Shown piece by piece: positions 1 through 11,100 of a stretch of DNA of 64,000 nt (within the stretch, counting starts at the first letter, position 1; each line of letters opens with the position of its first letter). Location of the stretch: assembly GCF_006345805.1 (NCBI RefSeq), contig NC_043000.1:20832001-20896000 (forward strand), written 5' to 3'. Made by a program: the position numbers and the translations under genes. The notes under the pieces were generated by a model that was not told the DNA's origin, did no database searches, and saw only the letters and a program-made list of their open reading frames with translations. Origin of the DNA: Octopus sinensis (lineage: Eukaryota).

Positions 1-288
1 GCATTGCCAGCGCAGCCCCGACTGGCCTCCGTGCTGGTGGCACGTAAAAGCACCATCTGTTCGTGGCCGTTGCCAGCCTCGCCTGGCCCCCGTGCGGGTG
101 GCACGTAAAAAGCACCCACTACACTCATGGAGTGGTTGGCGTTAGGAAGGGCATCCAGCCGTAGAAACACTGCCAGATCAGACTGGGCCTGATGCAGCCT
201 TCTAGCTTCACAGACCCCAGTTGAACCGTCCAACCCATGCTAGCATGGAAAACGGACGCTAAATGATGATGATGATGATAATGATGAT
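1..288 (+). mobile_element. RTE 3'UTR fragment, representative of about 25 copies
   Basis: Shared CACTACACTC..GAGTGGTTGGCGTTAGGAAGGGCATCCAGC...CCCATGCTAGCATGG..(GAT)n. Other approximate copies: + 1619, 18470, 19270, 30205, 36812, 38060, 39054, 47045, 51254, 51480, 53812, 63318; - 6832, 11208, 12285, 17360, 23753, 31560, 35889, 50495, 60372, 61020. Confidence 0.85.
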
Positions 289-703
289 AGAGAGAGAGAG
301 AGAGTTCTAATATAAGGATAAAATTTTTTCAAAACAAAATATTTTATCAGTGTCCACCATATTGAAATATCTTTTTAGGTGAAAATTATAAACGATTATA
401 AATAAGGGCAAAAGAAAAAAAATCTCTACACCAATTTGCTGGAAAATAGACTTTAGATTGTCTAACCACATACAATATTTTTCACTATAAATACAGTGTG
501 TGAAACATGCTGTGTATTTATAGTTAAAAATATAGTATGTGGTTAGACGATCTTTTGCCATTATTTATAATTATATATATATATACACGCACACTTGTAT
601 ATGATGTGTTGTGAATATATGGAAAGAAATCCCATGAAATTCAACAATTTTGTTAAAAATGGAAGAGACAAGATGTTAAAATATATAAGAGAATTTTAAT
701 TCA

Positions 704-797
704 TGCAGACGATCGTTTCGTACAGAGATATAAAAATCCTGCAAATTCATGGTTGAATTAATTAAATTAATCATATATCACTGTACTCTTCACTGCA
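704..797 (-). ncRNA. Hammerhead ribozyme-like motif with C3G substitution
   Basis: UGCA - GUGAAGA - G UACAG U GAUAU...AUAUC U CUGUA C - GAAA - palindrome ACGAUCGU - C - UGCA. Confidence 0.65.
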
Positions 798-1064
798 AGA
801 AGTATAAAAAAAATTTTTACAAAGAAGTAGAGAAAGGAAGTAGCAGAATAGAATCTAGGAGATTCATACTCTTTACTCTTTTACTTGTTTCAGTCATTTG
901 ACTGCAGCCATGCTGCAGCACTGCCTTTTAGTCAAGCAAATCGACCCCAGGACTTATTCTTTGTAAGCCTAGTACTTATTCTATCGGTCTCTTTTTGCTA
1001 GACTGCTAAGTTATGGGGCTGTAAACACACCAGCATCGGTTGTTAAGCAATGTTGGGGGAACAA

Positions 1065-1097
<33 letters not shown>

Positions 1098-1470
1098 TAT
1101 ATACATATATTTGACAGGCTTCTTTCAGTTTCTATCTACCAAATCCACTCACAAGGCTTTGGTCGGCCCGAGGCTATAGTAGAAGACACTTGCCCAAGAT
1201 GCCACACAGTGGGACTGAACCCGGAATCATGTGGTTGGTAAGCAAGCTACTTACCACACAGCCACTCCTGCACCTACATATTTATCCTTATGAGAAAAAA
1301 AATATGCGAATCCAGTCAGGTATTAACTATAACTAAAAACTATAACAGTTATTTGAAAATATAAGTAAAAGAGGTTTCAGAGACGTTCCCTCTACAGATG
1401 AGTAAGGAGACTATATTTTCAAATAACCGTCCTTTCTCAAGTTCTTTGCAAAAATTTTTTTTATACTTCT

Positions 1471-1601
1471 TGCACTGAAGAGTACAGTGATATATAATTA
1501 ATTTAATTAATTCAATTCAATTAATTCAATTAATTTAATTAATTCAATTCAACCATGAATTTTCATGATTTTTATATCTCTGTATGAAGCAATCATCTGC
1601 A
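1471..1601 (+). ncRNA. Degenerate inverted copy of the 704-797 hammerhead
   Basis: CUGAAGA intact (1475-81), but the 3' core has decayed to U GAAGC AAUC AUC; three of the four changes are at CpG sites. Confidence 0.55.
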
Positions 1602-2295
1602 TGAATTAAAATTCTCTTAGTGGCACGTAAAATGCACCAATCCGACTGTGGCCGATGCCAGCCTCGCCTGGCACCTGTGCAGGTGGCACGTAAAAAGCAC
1701 CCACTACACTCCAGCTGTAGAAACATTGCCAGATAAGACCGGAGCCTGGTGCAGCCTTCTGGCTTCCCAGATCCCCGGTCGAACCGTCCAACCCATGCTA
1801 GCATGGAGAACGGACGTTAAACGATGATGATGATGATATTTTAATAGTTTCTCTTCTCCATTTTTAACAAAATTGTTGAGTTTCGTGGGTTTTCTTTCCA
1901 TAAATTCACAGCACATCATATACAAGTATTATTTTCACATTCACAAATTTATGCCTATAAACTACCAGCAAAATATGAAGAATCAATATTAGAAATCTTT
2001 TTCGGAAACCTCCAAATTAAAAGGCGAATCTAATTCAAACTGTTTACACACACACACACACCACACACACACATATTTTTTCTTTCTTTTTCTTTTTATT
2101 TGTTTGTCATTTGACTGCAGCCATGCCGGAGCACTGCCTTTAGTTGAGCAAATCGACCCCAAAGCTTATTCTTTGTAAGCCTAGTACTTATTCTATTGGT
2201 CTCTTTTGCCGAACCGCTAAGTTACGGGGGACGTGAACACACCAGCGCAATGTTGTGGGGACAAACACAGATATATATATATATATATATATATA

Positions 2296-2371
<76 letters not shown>

Positions 2372-3965
2372 CAGCAATACCAATTTCTTACATTGGCACA
2401 ATACTTCAAGTCTGCAAGAGAGGAATGTAGTCACTGGAATCAATACCAGTATATCAGATGTTTATCTCAGAATGCCAGAAAATATAGTGAAAACCAATTG
2501 GAATTTGAACTCACAGTACTGAGATACAAACTAAATGTTGTAAAGCATGTCGTTCAGACAATATTATTTCTTTTACTCACCACTCTTTTTTCCCCTCCTT
2601 TATATGGCTAAATAATATATAAATCTTAGATTTCTGTGTGAGAGGACAATTTAAGACCTGATTTTGGCAATATTAATATGATCCATAAAATACATTCATA
2701 ATATTTACTCTGTGAATTATCTTGTTTATTACTACCATTCAAGCAGAAGTACAATCAATACAAAGAAAATTGTCTAGAACTTAAAAGATTTCATCATAAA
2801 ATACTTCCTAATAACTTGGTATCTAGATTCAATATTCACACAATCTCTTGACCCTTTAAACTGGAGAAGAAAGCTGATTTTTTTTGTTTAATATTAAATA
2901 ATTTAATTATATATCAATCACAAAGAAAATTTTTGATTTGATTTTCTTTTTTAATTTGTTTCATTATTTTTTTTTTCTATTTTTTCTGGTAATAGGAAAT
3001 TATTTACAGGGTTTTGATTTTTAAAAAGAAATAGTTTCTAGAAAAATCAATTTTTTTCTATAATGCGCAATGCCAAATTTTGTACTGGATGGTTGAATTT
3101 ACATCGCTATATCTCCTCTAATCTAATTTATCAATCCTGAGTCAGGTTGGATAAAGCAAGGCTTGCTTCTATTAAACTTGATCTCACAACACGGTATGAG
3201 GGAGGGATGTTGAATATTGCTTGTTTTATCCTACATGACTTGTTATCCAATTATATCTAAATTACTTTCCATATGCAATTACGACTCGGTTGTTTGATTA
3301 ATTTTCCTCTTACCCTACACTTGTCATTGCAGTGTAGTGGGACTTATACTAATTTCCATTGCTTTGAATAGGCACAGGCTTGGCAGTGTGGTAAGAAGCT
3401 TGATTCTCAACCACATGATTCTGGGTTCAGTTCCACTGCAGGGCTCCTTCATGTGTTTTCTACTATAGTCCCAGGCCAATGAATGCTTTGTGAGTGAATT
3501 TGAAAGATAGAAACTGTGTGGAAGACTGCTGTTGTGTGTGTGTGTGTGTGTGTGTCTTTGCGTTTGTCCCCCACATCATTTTACAACCAATATTGGTTTG
3601 TTTATGTCCCTGTGCCTTTGCAATTCAGCAAAACAGACCAATAGAATAAGTACCAGACTTACAAAGAAATGAGTACTAAGGTTGATTTGTTTGACTAAAA
3701 CACTTTAACACACTGCTCCAGCATGGCTACAGACCACTGGCCAAAACAAGTAAAAGATATAACATTGAAAAATACAACTGTGACTTGTTTGTTTGATTAA
3801 TTCTCCTCTTACCTCATATTTGTTGTTGCATGTAATATAATTTACATGTAACATGTAATGGAAATTACATGTAATGGGAATTACATTAATTTCCAATATT
3901 TTGAACAGTTATGAGGCATCTTGTCTCCATGTAGGTTGCCAGTTAGTTACAAGCTATTACCCATG

Positions 3966-4382
3966 CAGCGTTGGATTAACCATTAAGCAAAATAACCATG
4001 TGCTTAGGGCATCAAAGGAAGGAAGGGCACTACAGAAAAAGTAAATGGTTTACAGCACAAAAGAAATCACTTTAAACTTGCTAAAATAATATTTGGGATG
4101 CTGTATCTCTGCTAAGTGTAGATGTGTTAACTAAGATTAATTTTGAGGATCTGATCAAAGACTTTGCAATTCAGAAAAGTAGGAGGAAACTTTTCAAGTA
4201 TAAATAAAGTGGAAGTATACAAAAATAAACATTATTTTCCCTCTTACTGTTTTGTTTCATTTTGAAAAGTAAAAAAATTATTTTATGGTTTGTTGTTGTT
4301 TACATTTTGAATAACAATCTTTTATGGGGGCACCAAAATCTTTTAAGTGCTTAGGGCCTCGATGGGTCTTAATCCAGCCCTG
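3966..4382 (+). mobile_element. Non-autonomous hAT element
   Basis: TIRs CAGCGTTGGATTAA / TTAATCCAGCCCTG; 8-bp TSD TACCCATG (3958-65, 4383-90); internal [19 protein letters not shown] resembles a hAT transposase C-terminus. Confidence 0.88.
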
Positions 4383-5229
4383 TACCCATGAAAATCTTTG
4401 AAACACTAAATAACTAAAAGAAAAAAGAAAAAGCTAGTCTGGTGAAAGCAATGGTGGCCGGTGCCAGTAAATAAAACAAATGTTTCTCCAATGAAGGAAG
4501 GATTGAGTTTGAGAACAACAAGGCTCTTGTTTCCCTATTAGTATATCTGAGGAATTCCAACCGCATTTCATGGTTCACTGCCTCAACAGCTCCTTTATAG
4601 GATCCAGTGGTTAGACATCATAAGGAGGAACCACATCCAGTTTCATCCCCCTACTCTTCTACTGTTTTCAACATGGTTCCCACCACCACCACCACTTTGG
4701 TGGTGTCTTCAGCTCTGGTGTTGAGTGTGTGTTTTTTCTTTCTTCTTTTTTCTTTGGCTACTTTTTCTTTGGTTTCTTTGATGCAGCATCAACAAATGTC
4801 AGTGGGCAAATGACCAGCCTGCCAAATTTCCCTTTAAATACTCACCGAGTATTTATTAGTTAAATATGTTTCTGCAGATGTTTGCTGTTTGATCTGCTGA
4901 TTTATTATTGAACTACTTATTTAAGTCCATTCATTACTTATTCTGTCAAGAACCACATGAATTGGACCAAGAAAAGTTTTAACCCTTTCATTATATTTCT
5001 GTTTAAAAACACAGTCATTGTTTCAATTAATTTTGAAACAAAATTTATCAAAATAACTCCATTATTAAAGCTTGTGTTCAAGATGTAAATTGATATGAAA
5101 TTATGATCGAAAGTTTTCGTTTATATCACTTTTAAACATAAAATTCATATCATAGAATCATAAGCAGTCTGAGACAGGTTGATATCAAAAGGGTTGATCG
5201 GTAATGATTTTATTTTTGTGGTACTTAAT

Positions 5230-5908
5230 ATTAATAACTTAGAACTTTGCGTTGGTGTGGTCATGTACTACGGCTGGATGAGGAGAGATGTGTAAATAAG
5301 TGCCATTCCCAAACAGTTGAAGGAATCCAGGGTAGAGGTAGACCCAGGAAGACATGGGATGAGGTGGTCAAGCATGACCTTCGAACATTGGGCCTCACAG
5401 AGGCAATGACAAAAGACCAAGACCTCTGGAGATATGCTGTGACTTCAAAGACCCAACAAATGAAGTGAGTTCATGGCTTGCAGGATGGCCTGCTGCACTT
5501 ACCTTGGATTGTAAGGCAACCTGCTGTCCTTGAGGAGACCTATTGAGCTATGTACATCAAATAAAAATCAAATGGAAACTGTAGTTGTGATCCCCATGCC
5601 AGTGGCAAATAAAAAGCACCATCCGAACATGATTGATACTAGCACCAACTTGACTGGCTTCCATGTCTGTAGCATGTAAAAAGCACCAACTGATCATAGC
5701 CGTTGCCAGCCTCCTCTGGCCCCTGTGCCAGTGGCATGTAAAAAGCACTCACTACACTCACGGAGTGGTTGGCATTAGGAAGGGCATACGGCTGTAGAAG
5801 TACTGCCAAATCAGACTGGAGCCTGGTGCAGCCTCCTGGCTTCCCAGACCCCGGTCGAACCGTCCAACCCATGCTAGCATGGAAAACAGACATTAAACGA
5901 TGATGATG
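5230..5908 (+). mobile_element. RTE-clade LINE 3' end (ORF2 C-terminus, 3'UTR, (GAT)n tail)
   Basis: ORF 5247-5468 RWCGHVLR...GRGRPRKTWDEVVKHDL...W matches the RTE C-terminal signature and runs into the repeat-bearing 3'UTR. Confidence 0.85.
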
Positions 5909-7699
5909 AACAAAGCAGATGGAGCTTGTTAAATGTGACTCAACTGTAATGATATGAATGCGATAAGATAAAATTATAACAATTATCTATAGGTGCAGAA
6001 GTGGCAGGGTGGTAAGTAACTTGTTTACCAACCACATGGTTCTGGGTTCAGTCTCACTGCATGGCACCTTAGGCAAATGTCTTCTACTATAGCCTCGGGC
6101 TGACCAAAGCCTTGTGAATGGATTTAGCAGACAGGAACTGAAAGAAGCTCATCGTGTGTGTGTTTTTGTTTGTGTATCTGTGTTTGTCCCACTACCATTG
6201 CTTGACAACCAAAGCTGGTGTGGTTATGTCCCCGTAACTTAGTAGTTTGGCAAAAGAGACCGATAGAATAAGTATTAGGCTTACAAAGAATAAGTCTTGG
6301 GGTCGATTTGTCTGAATAAAGGTGGTGCTCCAGCATGGCCACAGTCAAATGACTGAAACAAATAAAAGAATATAAAATTATAAATGAAAGTGACCAAATA
6401 AATTCATTCCTTGTGGAATTACTGTTGATTCTCTGTGGTCAGCCCAGAGCTATTGAAGAAGACAATTATCCAAGGTACCACACAGTGGGACTGAACTCTG
6501 AACCTAGTTGGGTAGCAAGCTTCTTAACCACACAGCCATCAATACTTCAGACATAGCTCTAATTCAACTGATATACTAGAATTCTTCAATTAAGAATCTA
6601 CATACATAAATCTTTAGTCTTTTATCTTATTTCAGTCATAGGACTACGACCATGCTGAGGCACCATCTTGAAGTTTAGTCAAACAAATTGACCCCAGCAG
6701 TTATTTTTTAAGTCCAGTACTTATTTGACTGAATTACTAAGTTACAAAGATGAAAACAAACAAACAAACACCAGTTGTCAAGCAGTGGGTAGCACAAACA
6801 CAAAAACGCGCACATACATACATACATATATCATCATCATCATCGTTTAACATCCGCTTTCCATGCTAGCATAGGTTGGACGATTTTGACTAAGGGCTGG
6901 TGAACCAGATGGTTGCACCAGGTCCCAATCTTGATTTGGCAGTGTTTCTACAGCTGGATGCCAGTAAGGCAACATTGGTAATGATCAGGCTCAAATGGTG
7001 CCCTTTTACATGCCACTGGCATGGAAGCCAGTTCGCTGCTCTGGCAACGATCACACTCGGATGGTGCTTTTGGCACCCTACTAGCACGGGCACAAAAGGG
7101 TAAAATTAATTAATCAATTAATAATTTTACCAAGTAGTTTGGTATGTTAAAAGAACCATTATCGGTAAACTTATACAAAAATTCTATAATTATGAGCATA
7201 ATTATAATTAGGGTTCAGCAAAATTTGCTTCACCACATACCAAAATTTAGAAATAGCAGTTAAAATACTATTCTACTACCATATGATATTTCCCAGACAG
7301 CAATACTCAACAACTCACACAGGTAAAGAGACTGGCGTCTGTGACAGTGGCATTTAAAAAGCAGGTGTTCGATGGCGCTTGTTTAAGTACGTATGTTAAT
7401 TGTCAGTGCTCTCAAATTTAAAATTTGAAATACTGTACTGAGGAAGGAATAAGTGAGTAGAAATATAATTTTACATCTTTTTACATCTCTTTAACCCCAA
7501 AACGCGTATACAGTTAATCAAAGCCAGGTGGATTCATTATTTTTTTCTCTTTACTGGCGTGAGTTGTGGAGTATTGATGTCTGGGAGATATGGTAGAAGA
7601 GTAGTATTTTAACTGCTATTTCTAAATTTTGGTATGTGTTGAAGCAAATTTTGCTGAACCCTAGTTATAATTATGCTCATAATTATAGAATTTGTGTAT

Positions 7700-7759
<60 letters not shown>

Positions 7760-7846
7760 GGATTGAACCAAAAACTACATGATTGTAAAGCAAATTTCTT
7801 AATTACCTGCACATTATGCATACCAATTCTTTGCATTGTTTTACAG

Positions 7847-8117
7847 AGAAACGATATGCCGAGACATGGGACTACCACATAACACCCTCCACTTTCCTCC
7901 AGTTTGATATCTCGATGGGCTGTGGTACTCTATACAACACATTATACAGTGTAAAGCTGGAATATTCTATAGACACAGGCAAGACGTGGCACTCTGTTAT
8001 AGATGAGTGTGCACCACCAAAGTTTATTTGTAACGGCTACCATTTAAGTAGTCAATATGTTTCAGAACAACATATCAACTGGACTCGTATTACTATCTAT
8101 CTTCCTCCTGCCTCAAT
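7847..8117 (+). CDS. RELN: Reelin exon 1 in window ([10 protein letters not shown]...[11 protein letters not shown]...[12 protein letters not shown])
   Basis: ttacag acceptor; AT|GTATGT donor; phase 1 in, phase 2 out; overlaps ORF 7816-8196. Confidence 0.93.
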
Positions 8118-11100
8118 GTATGTATTGATTTTATGTAATATTATTAATTACCTTAATGAGTTATTATTGTGCCTGAATATTTTGTTCAAACTTTAAATTT
8201 TAAAAAAATAACTAATAAATTAATTTTCTATCTGATTTTTTAAATGAGCTGATATCTACATACAATCATGTGGTATAAAAAAAAATGCTATGCAATTTAG
8301 AATTTGAGATCATATATAATCATAAAAGTTGGTCATTAACTTTCATAAAAATCCATTATTCAACTACATGAACACTGAAACATCAGTTAAAACTTATTTC
8401 TAACTGCAATTACTTTATTTGGCTTCTTTTTAATGGAAACCTTTTGTGGGAGACAATCTATTCTGCAGATATTGTTGATGAAAACTTTCTAGGAAGTTGA
8501 AGAAAATTAAACTTAGGAGAAAATGTTTGTCTGGGTTATGTACAATATGTTCCAAATTTATTCAAATTTACTTCAGATATGTATATATATATACCGTTAA
8601 TTCTCCCTTTTACCATTTAAGCTGACCATATCTGGCCCAAATATTCTGTTTTATGTTCAAACAAGCCAGATCAGGTCTCTCACACCAACCCTACAATGTC
8701 ATTCTAAAAATAAATAATCACATCATTGAGACCTCAAAGCTACAAGATAATGCATGATTTATTCAAAATAATGTGAATAAGTCTGAATGCTGAAAGGTTA
8801 GAGTGTACAGTGTTGTAAGAAGAAACCAGTTACCATATTTATTTTGAGATGCTCTGTGTTTCTTTCAATTAATTTTAAATATAACAAAGAATTTAATTAA
8901 ATGACTTAGTTATCATTCAACTGGTGTTAGGAACATAAATTGTGACTAAGGTTTGATGGAAGATTTTAATTCAAAACCTATGAAAACAAGACATTTGTAC
9001 TACAGAGCCAGAGGCAGTTTCAGCCGGGTTGGTATTGAAAGGGTTAAAGGATTTACTTTGATATACATAAATATATTTGCTTTCTTCAATAAGAAACAGC
9101 CTATGTTGTCATAAATAGAAGTGCTTGTAATTTACTGTGAAAGGGCTGATCAGTTAATATGCCAACAAAAAGTTATTGTTCTCAAGACAGAATAACCTGA
9201 CAATTGCTGTAGATCTTTAAGATTTGCTTTACCTTTGAATGATGTCTTTCCTTTTTGACACAGCAAATGGGTCATTTGTTTAGAGACTGTTTATCATGTA
9301 TTACCAAAACTCACAGGCACACACAGATACAATATCACACACATATTTAAGTACTTAGAATATTTTATTCCCTTACTTCCATTTCTTATAAATATTGTAA
9401 ACAGATTTTAAATTTCAGTGTTTCTTATTATTTTTATATGTACTAAGGTGGCAAACTGGCAGAATCATTAGCATGCCAGACAAAATGCTTAGCTGTATTT
9501 CACCTGTCACCATGTTCTGGGTTCAAATTCCACCGAGGTTGACTTTACCTTTCATCCTTTCAGGGCTGATAAAATAAGTACCCGTTGAGCACTGGGGTTG
9601 ATGTCATCAACTCATCCCTCCCCCAAAATTGCTGCTCTTCTGGCAAAATTTGAAACCATTATTATTATAAGTACCCTTTAAATATTATCCATCTTGGATT
9701 TGTAAATTTTGTTTGTAATTCTTAACATGACCTTTTTCTCTGTATCAGTTCTCCAAACACCAGATTCCGGTGGTATCAGCACACCAAAAGTCCTCGAGGT
9801 GATATATGGGCCTTGGATAATGTATATCTAGGAGCAGGTTGTCCTTGGTTATGTTCAGGTCACGGCTACTGTGATAAAGGAAAATGTATGTGAGTAATTT
9901 TTTTATTGATTTAGCCTCCACATTTCTAGAAAACCTGTTTAATTCTGGTAAGGCTACATCATCTTCCTCCTCATCATCATCTAATATGTTTTCCATGCTG
10001 ACATGAGTTTGACTGTTTGACAGGACCTAGCTTTCTGCAAGGCTACACTGAGCTCCTATGTCAGCTTTGGTATAGTTTCTACAGTATGGCTGGATGCCCT
10101 TCCTACTGCCAACCATTTTACAGTTTGTACCGAGTGCTTTTTTGTGCCACTGTTACAAGTGAGGTTGTCAAGTAACTTTCAAAACAGGGAAAATGCTTAT
10201 TCAATGTTCCTTAATAATCTCTAATTGATGATTTAGTTTCTACCATTAGGACACTAACTGGTACTCCTTCAGTTACAACAATGAGGGTTCCAGTTGATCC
10301 AATCAATGGAAGAGCCTACTTGTGAAATTAACAGCTTCTATATATGGCTGAAGCAGGAAGACCAAAAATGGCTTGAAAGTCATAACATGCCAGCAGGAAA
10401 ATAACATCACTAGGTGAGATAAGCTGACACTGAATTAGCTTCGCTGATTGACAGGCAACGATCTCATTTAGAGAATGCCTGGGCTAAGACTAAGTGCCCT
10501 CCATTGGTCAGTTAAAGTTGAGACAGTGTCACGTGACAACTTACTGGGGCTGCCTGCTGGAGCCTACCAGCAGGTATTTAAAGGGAAAAATATTTGACAA
10601 GGCAGTCAGCCAGTCGCCCTCTGACACTCATTGACACTACATCGAAGAGGCCAGGGGAAAGAAGAAAGAAGACATGCACCCAGCACCAGAGCTGAAGACA
10701 CCTCCGAAAGGGGAGGGGGCCCACCACATCAAAACAGTAGAGGAATAGGGGCCAAAACCAGACATGGTTCCTCCTGATGATGTCTCGAGCTAACTGGATC
10801 CTATAAAGGAGCTGTTGTGGTCTGCTACCACAAAACACGGTTGAAATTCCAGTTGGCTCCACAGACACATGCCCCCTTAATGTAGTTCTCTGCCAGCTCC
10901 TTCTCAAATTAGTTAGTCTACATTACTCCATAAGGAGCATAGGGCCACAAACATTTCATGCCAATTGATGTGATCTTGGGCTACCTCCTTGATTTCAGAC
11001 CAAGAGAAACTGATTGCTTTTGTTTCATCCTTCATGCATCCTTTCCAGGTCTTCTTAGGTTGTCCAACCATGCTCTTTCCTTCAGGATGCCAGACTGACA

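Larger units (their letters stand above)
593..1927. mobile_element. Inverted pseudo-LTR pair, probable Penelope-like remnant, with later SINE and RTE insertions
   Basis: Arms at 593-826 and 1442-1927; the right arm is split by an RTE 3' fragment at about 1619-1836; each arm has a hammerhead motif. Confidence 0.6.

Noticed and set aside
2196-2611. Overlapping ORFs 2196-2522 and 2393-2611 as a possible upstream reelin exon
   Set aside because: They begin in SINE or microsatellite sequence, show no reelin motif, and have no suitable phase-1 donor.
10692-10800. CTGAAGA followed by a GAAA-loop hairpin, and a nearby CTGATGA
   Set aside because: No GAAA-helix III-NUH follows either box, so a ribozyme cannot be built; possibly a degraded pLTR but unsupported.
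10578-10907. 109-aa minus-strand ORF
   Set aside because: No recognisable domain and no splice context.
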